Translations under genes and position numbers: made by a program
In this document: in pieces, positions 36,168 to 45,113 of the stretch
Numbering within the stretch: the stretch's first letter is position 1
Layout of the letters: each line of letters opens with the position of its first letter
IMG/VR virus record: IMGVR_UViG_3300012665_000551
Location: 1-53,948 of that record
DNA from: a virus
Taxonomy: Duplodnaviria; Caudoviricetes
Length of the DNA: 53,948 bases
Strand: one strand, 5' to 3'
The notes under the pieces: model-generated
The model's database searches: none
Seen by the model: the letters and a program-made list of their open reading frames with translations, nothing else
What the model was told of the DNA's origin: nothing

Positions 36168-37832
36168 TCAGGGATTTAGATCTAGTCTCCAAGATCCGGA
36201 CGGGTATTCGCCTTCGAACGATTTCAGCCAAGTACCGTTAGCAGTATCCCATTTATATTGTAATCCAGTTTTTGAATTTTGGAATATTAATGTGATTTCT
36301 TCGAATTTAATATTTTCTATAATTGAAATACTATTTTCATTTTCAGTAATGTTGGCTGTTGCTTTATACACTTTACTGTTATACATAACTATAGATCCAG
36401 TAGTATATACTACAGTAGTCTTTGCATTAGTGATCCAAGGATACTCTGAAATTTTCCAAGCAGGAATTAGATCAATCCATTCAGAGCCACTCCATTCGAT
36501 TATGGTATTAGCTCTAATTATAGGATCACTGTTATCTGTATTTTTCCAAGCATCTGGGCCATCATACGGATCTCTACTACTACCGTCAGATGGGTCTTGT
36601 CCGTAGGTCATTAACCCGCCCACATTCTCGCTTGTGTTTACTGCATCAAGTACTAGATATCTAGTACCTTCTGATATCAGTTGATCTGAATATTCTTTGT
36701 TTGGACGCTTAGGATTAAATTTGTACGGATCGATAATAGCATCTACAGTGCCTAGGTTATTTTGATTTCTATGGATGCTTTGTATAACAGTATTTGATGG
36801 CTTGTCTGTAATTGAAACTACTAATATAGTAGGGTCAATAACATTAATTGTAAATGTTCCTCGTATTTCAGTTCCGTTTGGCTGTGTGAAGAATATTTTA
36901 CTGTATCCTGCAATGTAATTTCCGAACAACGGAATAATTTCATCCCAGGAAACCCGTCTTCCAATCTTTGCTGGTGTTTCAAAACCTAAAGATCTCACTA
37001 CTTCACTTGGTTCTAACAATGATACATTATAATCATTTGACGCTACATTACTATTGTTTAACAATAACACTCCAAAGTCTGGATTTTTAGTTGAGAATCG
37101 TACTCCGGCGGCAGCATCTGGATTCATAGTAAGATTTTCTAATCCTTCAAGTTCTCCGTTTTCACTGAAAATATTCATTACAATATTTTGTACAACTCCT
37201 AGGCGCTTGACCTTTGCAGGAGGACTGATATATACTGGCATGCTGAATTCAAAAGAGCAAATATCAATTTCAGATTCTGCACCTGCTGGAATAGTTCTTG
37301 AACTAAAATTTATAGTTTCAAGATTAATAACACTTAAACTGGTCCAGTCAATATAGTTGTCTGTGGTTTGTATTTCAAAACTAGGATTAAAGAAAACTCC
37401 AATTTGTTCAACTATTTGTAATTTTTGATCCGTATTCGAAGTCCATATATCGGCCTTCATTTTCATAGTATACGGTGTAGGCATTAATCTTTCAACAGTA
37501 TATGCAGCACCTTGTGTTTGATTGTATACTGGATTGTTGCCATCAAACTGATAATCGCGTTCTCTTATATGCATCTTGCTAACATAGCTAGCATCACTTA
37601 ACCTAGTCCTATCTAGTTCTAACCCTGTAATGTAACAGGCAATCTTAGGCACAGTCGCCATTTTATTTTCAGAGTTGTCTTTAATAATAGCAGCAACTTG
37701 TCTAGTCATGTCTCCGTACGAAACAGGAATATGTCGTAGTGTACCGTCGCCGGCTTTATATTGGAACCCAATAAAGAATCGCATAAACTGCGTAACATAT
37801 CGGCGTAGCTGCCCGTCGTAAAAAAAGTCCAT
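36168..37832 (-). CDS. gp15: Tail terminator/sheath stabilizer, T4 gp15-like, with C-terminal extension
   Basis: FFYDGQLRRY...IPVSYG...PTPY...IWT.NTDQKLQIVEQI..FFNP; adjacent to gp14 and gp13. Confidence 0.75.
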   Translation of the reverse strand: MDFFYDGQLRRYVTQFMRFFIGFQYKAGDGTLRHIPVSYGDMTRQVAAIIKDNSENKMATVPKIACYITGLELDRTRLSDASYVSKMHIRERDYQFDGNNPVYNQTQGAAYTVERLMPTPYTMKMKADIWTSNTDQKLQIVEQIGVFFNPSFEIQTTDNYIDWTSLSVINLETINFSSRTIPAGAESEIDICSFEFSMPVYISPPAKVKRLGVVQNIVMNIFSENGELEGLENLTMNPDAAAGVRFSTKNPDFGVLLLNNSNVASNDYNVSLLEPSEVVRSLGFETPAKIGRRVSWDEIIPLFGNYIAGYSKIFFTQPNGTEIRGTFTINVIDPTILVVSITDKPSNTVIQSIHRNQNNLGTVDAIIDPYKFNPKRPNKEYSDQLISEGTRYLVLDAVNTSENVGGLMTYGQDPSDGSSRDPYDGPDAWKNTDNSDPIIRANTIIEWSGSEWIDLIPAWKISEYPWITNAKTTVVYTTGSIVMYNSKVYKATANITENENSISIIENIKFEEITLIFQNSKTGLQYKWDTANGTWLKSFEGEYPSGSWRLDLNP

Positions 37833-39106
37833 TAATCGTCCGCCTTTGGTCTAAGAGCTTTTGACAGACTCTGTTTTTCTTTAATAACCTTACCGTTGAT
37901 AGTAGAAGTGTTATCGTTATTAATAAATTCAGTCTTCTGTGTTTTTCTTGCGTCCTTGCCTTCAAACACATTTCCACTTGCAACATCGTTGTCACTTAGG
38001 TTGCTCATAGTCATTCTTACATTATCTTCAAATTTAATCCAACGCACTCCGTTGAATCTAAACAATCTGTTTGGATGATAGTCGGTTCGTAAATGGAATT
38101 GACCGTTAACTGGTCCTAGTGGGAATGACATACTAGCACTAAACAATGTTCCGTTAGGTGGAAGACCATCCTCGGTTAAATAGCCGTCGTATCTATTGGC
38201 TGTAGGTTGTGCAAATACAGAGGCTGTATTAACTCCTACATACATTGGGTTGCCGTCTTCATCAAATATTGGAATACCATTTTCATCTGTGGCTTGAGTT
38301 TGTATGCTAGCATCAAGTCGATCGGTATCAGTACTAACTAAATCAATAGATCCTAAAGAATTTCTTTCTATAGTATAGAATTTAGAAGTATCATACCCAC
38401 TTCTAGGAGCATCTGCTTCTGCTTGATCAAGAACTGCTTGAGTAATTTGCATTTCTTTGTCATACGTTGACATAATATCACGCAGTGTAGTTGTAGTATC
38501 TCCGCTAAGTCCAGACGGATCAGCGAGGCCGTCAAGAATATCTTTAAACTCTTGACTATCAACAAGTGGCTTGCATTTGGCACGATATAAATGCGGGTAC
38601 CAAGTTACTGAAAATCCTTCTGCTGCACGATTTACTTCTTCAACAACATAAAAACGTTTTAGTGCAAACTGTAAATCATTGAGAGCATACTCATCTTTCA
38701 AATGTGGCAATTCAATAACATCACCTGAAATTAATTTTCTACCTAGTTTTTCAACAGTATCGTTGATGTGAAATGTAATAAAGATTGTATCATTTTGTAA
38801 AAATAATCCAAACTGGCTTAGATTAAAGTCGATATCTTGTAGACTATAAACACCTCGCATGACGTAAATGTCTGGATCATACTTGCGATCTCTATTTTCT
38901 AAGAACAGTAAATCTTGTATTTGTCCAACACCGGTAGAAGCATACGCAGGAGTGCTAGGAGTATCACCTTGCGTAGATGCTCCTGGTCCTAGGTATTTGT
39001 GTAGGTGTACATCTGTACCGCCCACTTGAAACATTTCCCAGACAGTTTTGTCTATGAATTTGTAATCGTTGCCCTTTTGTGGGCGATATAAACTTAATCT
39101 TGGCAT
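37832..39106 (-). CDS. gp14: Neck protein, T4 gp14-like (start reassigned to MPRLSL at 39106)
   Basis: LSQFGLFLQND..FITFH...GDVIELP...FYVVEEV...HLYRAKC; synteny with gp13 and gp15. Confidence 0.7.
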   Translation of the reverse strand: MPRLSLYRPQKGNDYKFIDKTVWEMFQVGGTDVHLHKYLGPGASTQGDTPSTPAYASTGVGQIQDLLFLENRDRKYDPDIYVMRGVYSLQDIDFNLSQFGLFLQNDTIFITFHINDTVEKLGRKLISGDVIELPHLKDEYALNDLQFALKRFYVVEEVNRAAEGFSVTWYPHLYRAKCKPLVDSQEFKDILDGLADPSGLSGDTTTTLRDIMSTYDKEMQITQAVLDQAEADAPRSGYDTSKFYTIERNSLGSIDLVSTDTDRLDASIQTQATDENGIPIFDEDGNPMYVGVNTASVFAQPTANRYDGYLTEDGLPPNGTLFSASMSFPLGPVNGQFHLRTDYHPNRLFRFNGVRWIKFEDNVRMTMSNLSDNDVASGNVFEGKDARKTQKTEFINNDNTSTINGKVIKEKQSLSKALRPKADD

Positions 39107-39136
39107 ATGTATATTTACCGCAAGATAAATACTTAT
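39107..39136. promoter_or_regulatory. Back-to-back late-like promoters for gp14 and gp13
   Basis: TATTTA at 39112-39117 (minus-strand TAAATA) and TAAATA at 39126-39131, each 5 nt from its ATG. Confidence 0.7.
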
Positions 39137-39892
39137 ATGAGTACAACTGACCAAACAAAACAAGAAGTAGTTAATTATTGTCGCACTATGCTGGGCGATG
39201 GCATGATCGACGTTGAACTTGATCCTATACATTACGAAACTGCACTTAACCGTGCATTAGCGGTGTTTAGACAGCGGTCAGATAATGCTGTTGAAGAAAG
39301 TTTCATGTTTCTAACATTGGAAACCGATACTAACGAGTATATTCTTCCAGCAGAAGTTCAGCAGGTTCGACAGATTCATAGAAGAAGTATAGGTTCAAGA
39401 ACCGGCGGCGGCACCGGAGGAACTGTTTTTGAACCGTTTAACTTGGCCTATACAAATACCTATTTGTTAAGCTCAACTAATATGGGCGGGCTAGCTACAT
39501 ACGAACTTTTTGCCGGATATCAGGAAATGGTTGGTAAAATGTTTGGCTCATTTATCAACTATACTTGGAATCCCCAGAGTAAAAAACTTGTTATTATGCA
39601 ACGTCCACGTGGCGAAGAAACTGTAATGATTCAGGCATATAATACTCGCCCAGACTTTGCATTAATTACAGATGTGTATGCAGGGCAGTGGATTAAAGAT
39701 TACACTCTAGCTAACTGTAAAGTTATTCTTGGTCAAGCTCGTGAAAAGTTTGCTCAGATCGCTGGCCCAGCAGGCGGCAGTAGTTTAAATGGCGCAGCAA
39801 TGAAATCTGAAGGCCAAGCAGAAATAGAAAAACTCACAGAAGACCTCAAAACTGGAGTTTCCACCCAAGGTTGGAGTTGGGTAATTGGTTAA
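39137..39892 (+). CDS. gp13: Neck protein, T4 gp13-like (start reassigned to 39137)
   Basis: YCRTMLG..MIDVELD...WIKDYTLA..K..LG..R.KF..I.GP.GG..LNG..MK.EG..EIEKL. Confidence 0.85.
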   Translation: MSTTDQTKQEVVNYCRTMLGDGMIDVELDPIHYETALNRALAVFRQRSDNAVEESFMFLTLETDTNEYILPAEVQQVRQIHRRSIGSRTGGGTGGTVFEPFNLAYTNTYLLSSTNMGGLATYELFAGYQEMVGKMFGSFINYTWNPQSKKLVIMQRPRGEETVMIQAYNTRPDFALITDVYAGQWIKDYTLANCKVILGQAREKFAQIAGPAGGSSLNGAAMKSEGQAEIEKLTEDLKTGVSTQGWSWVIG

Positions 39893-39901
39893 AATAAAAC
39901 C

Positions 39902-39930
39902 TTGACTTTTACATAAATTTATATTATAAT
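39902..39930 (+). promoter_or_regulatory. Sigma70-type promoter
   Basis: TTGACT (39902-39907), 17 bp spacer, TATAAT (39925-39930). Confidence 0.75.
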
Positions 39931-39950
39931 ATTCTTAATTGGAGAATATT

Positions 39951-40628
39951 ATGATCATAGGAATATGTGGTTTTATCGGATCAGGCAAAGATACAATTGC
40001 CGACTACTTGGTTAACTTCCACGAATTTAGACGAGAGAGCTTTGCATCTACTCTTAAAGATGCTGTGGCCTCAGTGTTCGGTTGGGACAGAACACTACTT
40101 GAAGGCCGTACCAAGGAAGCACGTGAGTGGCGAGAACAAGTGGATCCTTGGTGGGCTGAACGACTAGCAATGCCCACACTTACTCCTAGATGGGTACTAC
40201 AATATTGGGGTACAGAAGTATGCCGTAAGTCATTTCATGATGACATCTGGATTGCTTCATTAGAAAACAAACTACGTTCTAGCAAAGACAATGTTGTGAT
40301 TAGCGACTGCCGTTTTCCAAACGAAATACAAGCTATTAAAAATGCAGGCGGACAGATTGTTTGGGTACAGCGTGGCGAGTTGCCAGACTGGTACAGCGAT
40401 GCTGTTGAAGCAAACAAGGGTTCAAATATTGGATTGAACGCAATGAAAATGCGAAAAATTCACGCCAGTGAGTGGGCTTGGTTAGGCAGTAACTTTGATG
40501 TGATTGTTGACAACAACGGATCAATTGAAGAACTTTTTCAACAATCTAAACAGTTGTTAGAAGTCAGCGATCAGATCACCTTGGCGCCAACCACTGGAAT
40601 CTTTGCTAATAATAATAGCACAATTTGA
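39951..40628 (+). CDS. gp1: Deoxynucleoside monophosphate kinase, T4 gp1-like
   Basis: IIGICGFIGSGKDT P-loop, SFA..LKD, TPRWVLQYWGTE, VVISDCRFPNE, HASE; GGAG SD supports the start at 39951. Confidence 0.9.
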   Translation: MIIGICGFIGSGKDTIADYLVNFHEFRRESFASTLKDAVASVFGWDRTLLEGRTKEAREWREQVDPWWAERLAMPTLTPRWVLQYWGTEVCRKSFHDDIWIASLENKLRSSKDNVVISDCRFPNEIQAIKNAGGQIVWVQRGELPDWYSDAVEANKGSNIGLNAMKMRKIHASEWAWLGSNFDVIVDNNGSIEELFQQSKQLLEVSDQITLAPTTGIFANNNSTI

Positions 40629-40892
40629 ACATACAGTCTTTAAATTATTAGGACGGCAATTGTTTAGATTGCCGTCTACGTGAAATACTTTAAAAATAGC
40701 AGAACTGCGGGATTTGAACCCGCACTTCTCGCATTCAGATTTAATAGCATACCCTGCTAATTTCCATCTAGGTATACCTGATCTAAATCCTTTAGACATA
40801 CAGGTTTCACACAAGCTTCTGTAATAGGTTTTATTTGCCTTGTGGTAGTTAACCGCACGAGGTCTTTCGCCGCATTTGCATAATGGTCTCAT
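40557..40892 (-). CDS. Small Zn-binding HNH-like protein
   Basis: CxC, CETC, CEKCGF, HVDGNLNNC...NL.TVCSNC. Confidence 0.7.
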   Translation of the reverse strand: MRPLCKCGERPRAVNYHKANKTYYRSLCETCMSKGFRSGIPRWKLAGYAIKSECEKCGFKSRSSAIFKVFHVDGNLNNCRPNNLKTVCSNCAIIISKDSSGWRQGDLIADF

Positions 40893-40991
40893 ACATTTAT
40901 TTACACCTTTTTAATCCCTTTACATAAGACTGGTTTTTGTTAGAACTACGCTAAATAAAGATGAAGTCATATTATACCAGGAGATAAAGTA

Positions 40992-43900
40992 ATGGCACTA
41001 GTTTCCCCAGGCGTACAAGTTACGGTAATTGATGAGAGTTTTTATACTCCTGCAGAGCCAGGAACAACTCCTCTTATCGTCGTAGCTACAGCCGAAAACA
41101 AATCAAACGCAGCCGGCACAGGCACAGCCGCTGGAACTACAGCAGCGACCGCTGGTCGAGCATACAAAATTACAAGTCAGCGAGAGCTAGTTGACACATT
41201 CGGGGTACCTTACTTCGAAACTACTGCAACTGGTAACCCAGTACACGGCGGTGAAGTAAACGAATACGGATTGCTAGCAGCATACAGCTACTTAGGCAGT
41301 TCAAATGGCGTGTTTATTGTACGTGCCAATGTTGACTTAGCCGAACTAGTTGGGCAGGCGATCGAGCCAGGCTCACAGCCAGACGATGGCAAGTGGTGGG
41401 TAGACACTGACGATACTACATATGGCGTCCAAGAATGGAATAACGATCTGCTATCAGCAGGTGGCCAGAAATTTACCAGTAAAGCACCTATCGTATTAAC
41501 AGACAGCGATGTTACTAGAATCGAATCCGGAACAGGCATTATCAGTGAAGAAGTTTATCGTAGACCAAAAGGATCAGTTGGTTCTATTGGTGATTACGCA
41601 ATAGTATTTGAAACTGTAGACGGCACCGGTAGCTTTAGTGCTGTTGCAGAACAAGCAAGATTGTTTTATAAGAGCGAAGGAAACAGTGCAGCTGGAATCG
41701 GAGCAGGAGAGTGGGTACTAGTTGGAAGCCAGGAATGGGTTGCTAGCCATCCTGTTGCTACTGCTAACGGTAGTGTTACTACTGGTACAGCAAAAATTAA
41801 CGGTGAGACTATCACTGTAAATGAGGCAACACTAGCTAGCGTAGCTACTGCAATTTCTGGAGTAACCGGAGTTTATGCTTCAGTTACAGCAGCAGGCGTT
41901 CTTCAAGTGTATTCCGACGGAGCAACTTCAACCGCTGGCGATTCTACATTAAGTGGACAAATTGTAATTAGCGATCTTTCTCCAGCAAGTGTTCTTGGTG
42001 GAATTACCGCAGGTACATATTTACAACCTGCATTACAACAATCGCCACACACTTCTGTGCCATTGTTTAAGAGAAAAGACTCAATCGGTGGAGTTACACA
42101 AGTTGGTCGTCCAACGGGATCTGTTTGGGTTAAAACAACAGAATCCGGTGCAGGAGCACGTTGGAGAGTTAAGCGTTATAACTCCGCAACTCAAGCATGG
42201 GATGCGTATTCTGCATCATTGTACGAAAACGGTAGCTCAGCACTGTATTATTTAGATAGAGCAGGCGGTGGCTTAAACATTGCGTTAGATTCGATCTACG
42301 TACAGACAAATGCCAACGAAGAATATAGTTTTAGATCACCGGACGATATTGAAGGACTAGACACTAGTTTAGAAACAGCATCTTTCCGTGTATGGCGTAG
42401 ACGTGCAACAGGAGCTACTGTTATTACTTCAGCGATTATTGCTAGTGGCTCAATCATTGGTGGTGAAAAATCGTTCAGTATTAAAGAATCATTAAAGACT
42501 GGCGCCGCGTTAAGCGCAGCGATTCCTGTTACTGTAACATTGTCAGCAACTGCTAGTTTTGCTGATCAGTCACACCAACTTGCAACTGCTATTAACCAAG
42601 CAGGATTTACTAACGTTGAGGCTAGTGTAACATCTGATAACAGAGTAACACTAACACACAAGTTAGGTGGTGAAATTAGAATTACTGATACTAGCGGTGT
42701 TTTTGCAGCTATCTTCACAGCATTTAATATCGACACACTAGCAGGTACTGAAGGATTCTTTACAGCACCGTCTGGTAGTGCAGACGATTTTGTAGTTTCA
42801 AACTGGAAACCACTAGCTGCTGATAATTTCTATGCTGGTAATACACAGCCATTGAACGAGCCAACAGACGGTCAGTTATGGTATAATCCAGAAGTATCAG
42901 ATGTGGACATTATGATTCACAACGGTACAACTTGGAAAGGATACAGAGATACCGGTAGCCCATACGTTGAAGCAGCCAGCGATCGAGTAGGATATACTCC
43001 AATTGTTGCTGCAAGCAATCCGTATATTTCAGGTGTAACTGTAACTGGTGACTTATGGATCTCTACAGCAGATATCGATAACTACCCTACAATTTACAGA
43101 TACGACACTGACTTGCCTGGTGTGCCAGCAAAAGACCGTTGGGTACTTGTTGATAAAGCAGATCAAGTAACTGAAGAAGGAATTGTATTTGGAGATGCAC
43201 GTTGGTCCGACGGCGGAACTTCTAAGACTCCAACAAGTATTAAACTACTTGCAAAATCAAATCATTTAGATCCAGATGCACCAGATCCAGCATTATATCC
43301 AAAAGGTATGTTGTTATGGAACCTACGTCGTTCAAGTGGAAACGTTAAGCGTTATGTTAATAACTATATTGACACAGCAGCTGACAACGTGCGCATGAAC
43401 AATACTAGCATGTCGGGATATGAAACTGATCGTTGGGTTACAGCTTCTCCAAACGGTGAAGACGGTTCAGGAACATTCCGTCGCAAAGCACAACGTATTG
43501 TAGTTACACAAGCAATCAAGAGTGTAATCGATACTAGCTTAGAGATCCGTGACGAAGAACGTAGAAACTTTAATCTAATTGCTTGCCCTGGTTATCCAGA
43601 AGCATATGCAAACTTGATCAACTTAAACATTGATCGCGGTCTGACAGCATTTATTATTGCAGATACTCCATTGAGATTAGCTGCTGGTTCGACAGGATTA
43701 TTGAACTGGGCTACTAATGCAAACGGAGCACTTGACAACGGCGAACAAGGGTTAGTTAGCTACGACGAGTATTCAGCATTGTATTATCCAAACGGATTTA
43801 CCACAGACCTAAGTGGTTCTAACGCAGTTGTTCCAGCTTCACATATGATGCTAAAAACAATTTCGTTAAGTGACCAAGTTAGCTATCCATGGTTTGCTCC

Positions 43901-44414
43901 AGCAGGAACACGCCGTGGTGGTATTGTTAACGCAACATCAGTTGGTTACTTAGATGCAGCCAGCGGTGAATTCCAAACAGTACAACTAAGCGAAGGCCTA
44001 AGAGATACACTATACGATCAAAAGATCAACCCGATTCCATTCTTTGTTGGAGTAGGACACGTTGCATTTGGTCAGAAAACTCGTGCAAGAAATGCTTCGT
44101 CATTAGACAGAATCAACGTAGCACGTTTAGTGGTGTACTTACGCAGCCAGTTAAACAAATTAGCAAGACCGTATCTGTTTGAACCGAACGATCAAATCAC
44201 ACGTGACGAGATCAAAGGTGCTGTTGACAGTCTATTGCTAGAGTTGGTAGGCTTACGAGCAATTTATGACTTCGTAGCTGTTTGTGATGATTCTAACAAT
44301 ACACCAGCAAGAATCGATAGAAATGAATTGTACGTGGATATTGCGATTGTTCCTACAAAAGCAGTTGAGTTCATCTACATACCATTGCGTCTAAAGAACA
44401 CAGGAGAGATCTAA
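40992..44414 (+). CDS. gp18: Tail sheath protein, T4 gp18-like, with large insertions
   Basis: MALVSPGVQVTVIDES; PWFAPAG.RRG; LY..KINPI; GQKT...S.LDRINV.RL; FEPND..TR; CDDSNNTPARIDRNEL; PTKAVEFIYIP; TAAATA at 40952-40957. Confidence 0.95.
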   Translation: MALVSPGVQVTVIDESFYTPAEPGTTPLIVVATAENKSNAAGTGTAAGTTAATAGRAYKITSQRELVDTFGVPYFETTATGNPVHGGEVNEYGLLAAYSYLGSSNGVFIVRANVDLAELVGQAIEPGSQPDDGKWWVDTDDTTYGVQEWNNDLLSAGGQKFTSKAPIVLTDSDVTRIESGTGIISEEVYRRPKGSVGSIGDYAIVFETVDGTGSFSAVAEQARLFYKSEGNSAAGIGAGEWVLVGSQEWVASHPVATANGSVTTGTAKINGETITVNEATLASVATAISGVTGVYASVTAAGVLQVYSDGATSTAGDSTLSGQIVISDLSPASVLGGITAGTYLQPALQQSPHTSVPLFKRKDSIGGVTQVGRPTGSVWVKTTESGAGARWRVKRYNSATQAWDAYSASLYENGSSALYYLDRAGGGLNIALDSIYVQTNANEEYSFRSPDDIEGLDTSLETASFRVWRRRATGATVITSAIIASGSIIGGEKSFSIKESLKTGAALSAAIPVTVTLSATASFADQSHQLATAINQAGFTNVEASVTSDNRVTLTHKLGGEIRITDTSGVFAAIFTAFNIDTLAGTEGFFTAPSGSADDFVVSNWKPLAADNFYAGNTQPLNEPTDGQLWYNPEVSDVDIMIHNGTTWKGYRDTGSPYVEAASDRVGYTPIVAASNPYISGVTVTGDLWISTADIDNYPTIYRYDTDLPGVPAKDRWVLVDKADQVTEEGIVFGDARWSDGGTSKTPTSIKLLAKSNHLDPDAPDPALYPKGMLLWNLRRSSGNVKRYVNNYIDTAADNVRMNNTSMSGYETDRWVTASPNGEDGSGTFRRKAQRIVVTQAIKSVIDTSLEIRDEERRNFNLIACPGYPEAYANLINLNIDRGLTAFIIADTPLRLAAGSTGLLNWATNANGALDNGEQGLVSYDEYSALYYPNGFTTDLSGSNAVVPASHMMLKTISLSDQVSYPWFAPAGTRRGGIVNATSVGYLDAASGEFQTVQLSEGLRDTLYDQKINPIPFFVGVGHVAFGQKTRARNASSLDRINVARLVVYLRSQLNKLARPYLFEPNDQITRDEIKGAVDSLLLELVGLRAIYDFVAVCDDSNNTPARIDRNELYVDIAIVPTKAVEFIYIPLRLKNTGEI

Positions 44415-44415
44415 A

Positions 44416-45051
44416 ATGGCATTAACCTCATTAAATAATTACTCTGTACAGACAGACGGTCCTGGTAGCAATACCGGACTGTTAATGCCAAAACTAAAAT
44501 ATCGCTTTAGAGTGACTCTTTTAGGTTTTGGTGTTGAAGCTAGTACAGTTTTAACTAGACAAGTAGTAGATATCGGTAGACCAAAGGTCAGCTTTGAAGA
44601 AATGGAATTGCCTATTTACAACTCCAAGGTAAAACTAGCTGGTCGTTATAGCTGGGAAAACGTTACATTAAACTTAAGAGATGACGCAAACGGTGAAGTT
44701 GCTAGACTAGTTGGTCAGCAAATTCAGAAGCAGTTCGACTTTATGGAACAGGCTTCTGCACGTAGCGGTATTGACTATAAGTTTACACTACGTTTAGAAA
44801 TTCTAGACGGCGGTAACGGTGCAAAAGAAACACAAGTGTTAGAAACATTTGAATTATACGGTTGCTTTGTACAGAACGCAGACTACGGTGATGTTAACTA
44901 CGGAACTAACGAACCTGTTCAAATTGCATTAACTATTGTTTATGATAATGCTATTCAAACAAATGGAACTGTTGGTATTGGTACTAACGTTGGTCGTGCA
45001 GTTGCTTCCGAACTAACAACTGGTCAATCTAGTGCTGCTCCGTTAGGTTAA
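44416..45051 (+). CDS. gp19: Tail tube protein, T4 gp19-like
   Basis: Follows the sheath gene; PKLKYRFRV, KLAGRYSWENVTLNLRDD, FELYGCF, IVYDNA. Confidence 0.85.
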   Translation: MALTSLNNYSVQTDGPGSNTGLLMPKLKYRFRVTLLGFGVEASTVLTRQVVDIGRPKVSFEEMELPIYNSKVKLAGRYSWENVTLNLRDDANGEVARLVGQQIQKQFDFMEQASARSGIDYKFTLRLEILDGGNGAKETQVLETFELYGCFVQNADYGDVNYGTNEPVQIALTIVYDNAIQTNGTVGIGTNVGRAVASELTTGQSSAAPLG

Positions 45052-45066
45052 TTAGCAGAGCAAATT

Positions 45067-45097
45067 AAAAAACCCAGGTTTTTCCTGGGTTTTTTTT
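45067..45097 (+). terminator. Rho-independent terminator, potentially bidirectional
   Basis: AAAAAACCCAGG-TTTTT-CCTGGGTTTTTTTT. Confidence 0.85.
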
Positions 45098-45113
45098 CGG
45101 CATAAATATTAGT

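Noticed and set aside
36148-36606. 152 aa hydrophobic plus-strand ORF, and the 35867-36241 ORF
   Set aside because: Both are antisense to the gp15-like and Nudix-like genes and begin at non-ATG or unsupported starts.
39107-39232. Longer N-terminal extensions for gp14 (39232) and gp13 (39107)
   Set aside because: The gp14 extension would overlap gp13, and both would run through the promoter boxes; the conserved-looking sequence begins at 39106 and 39137.
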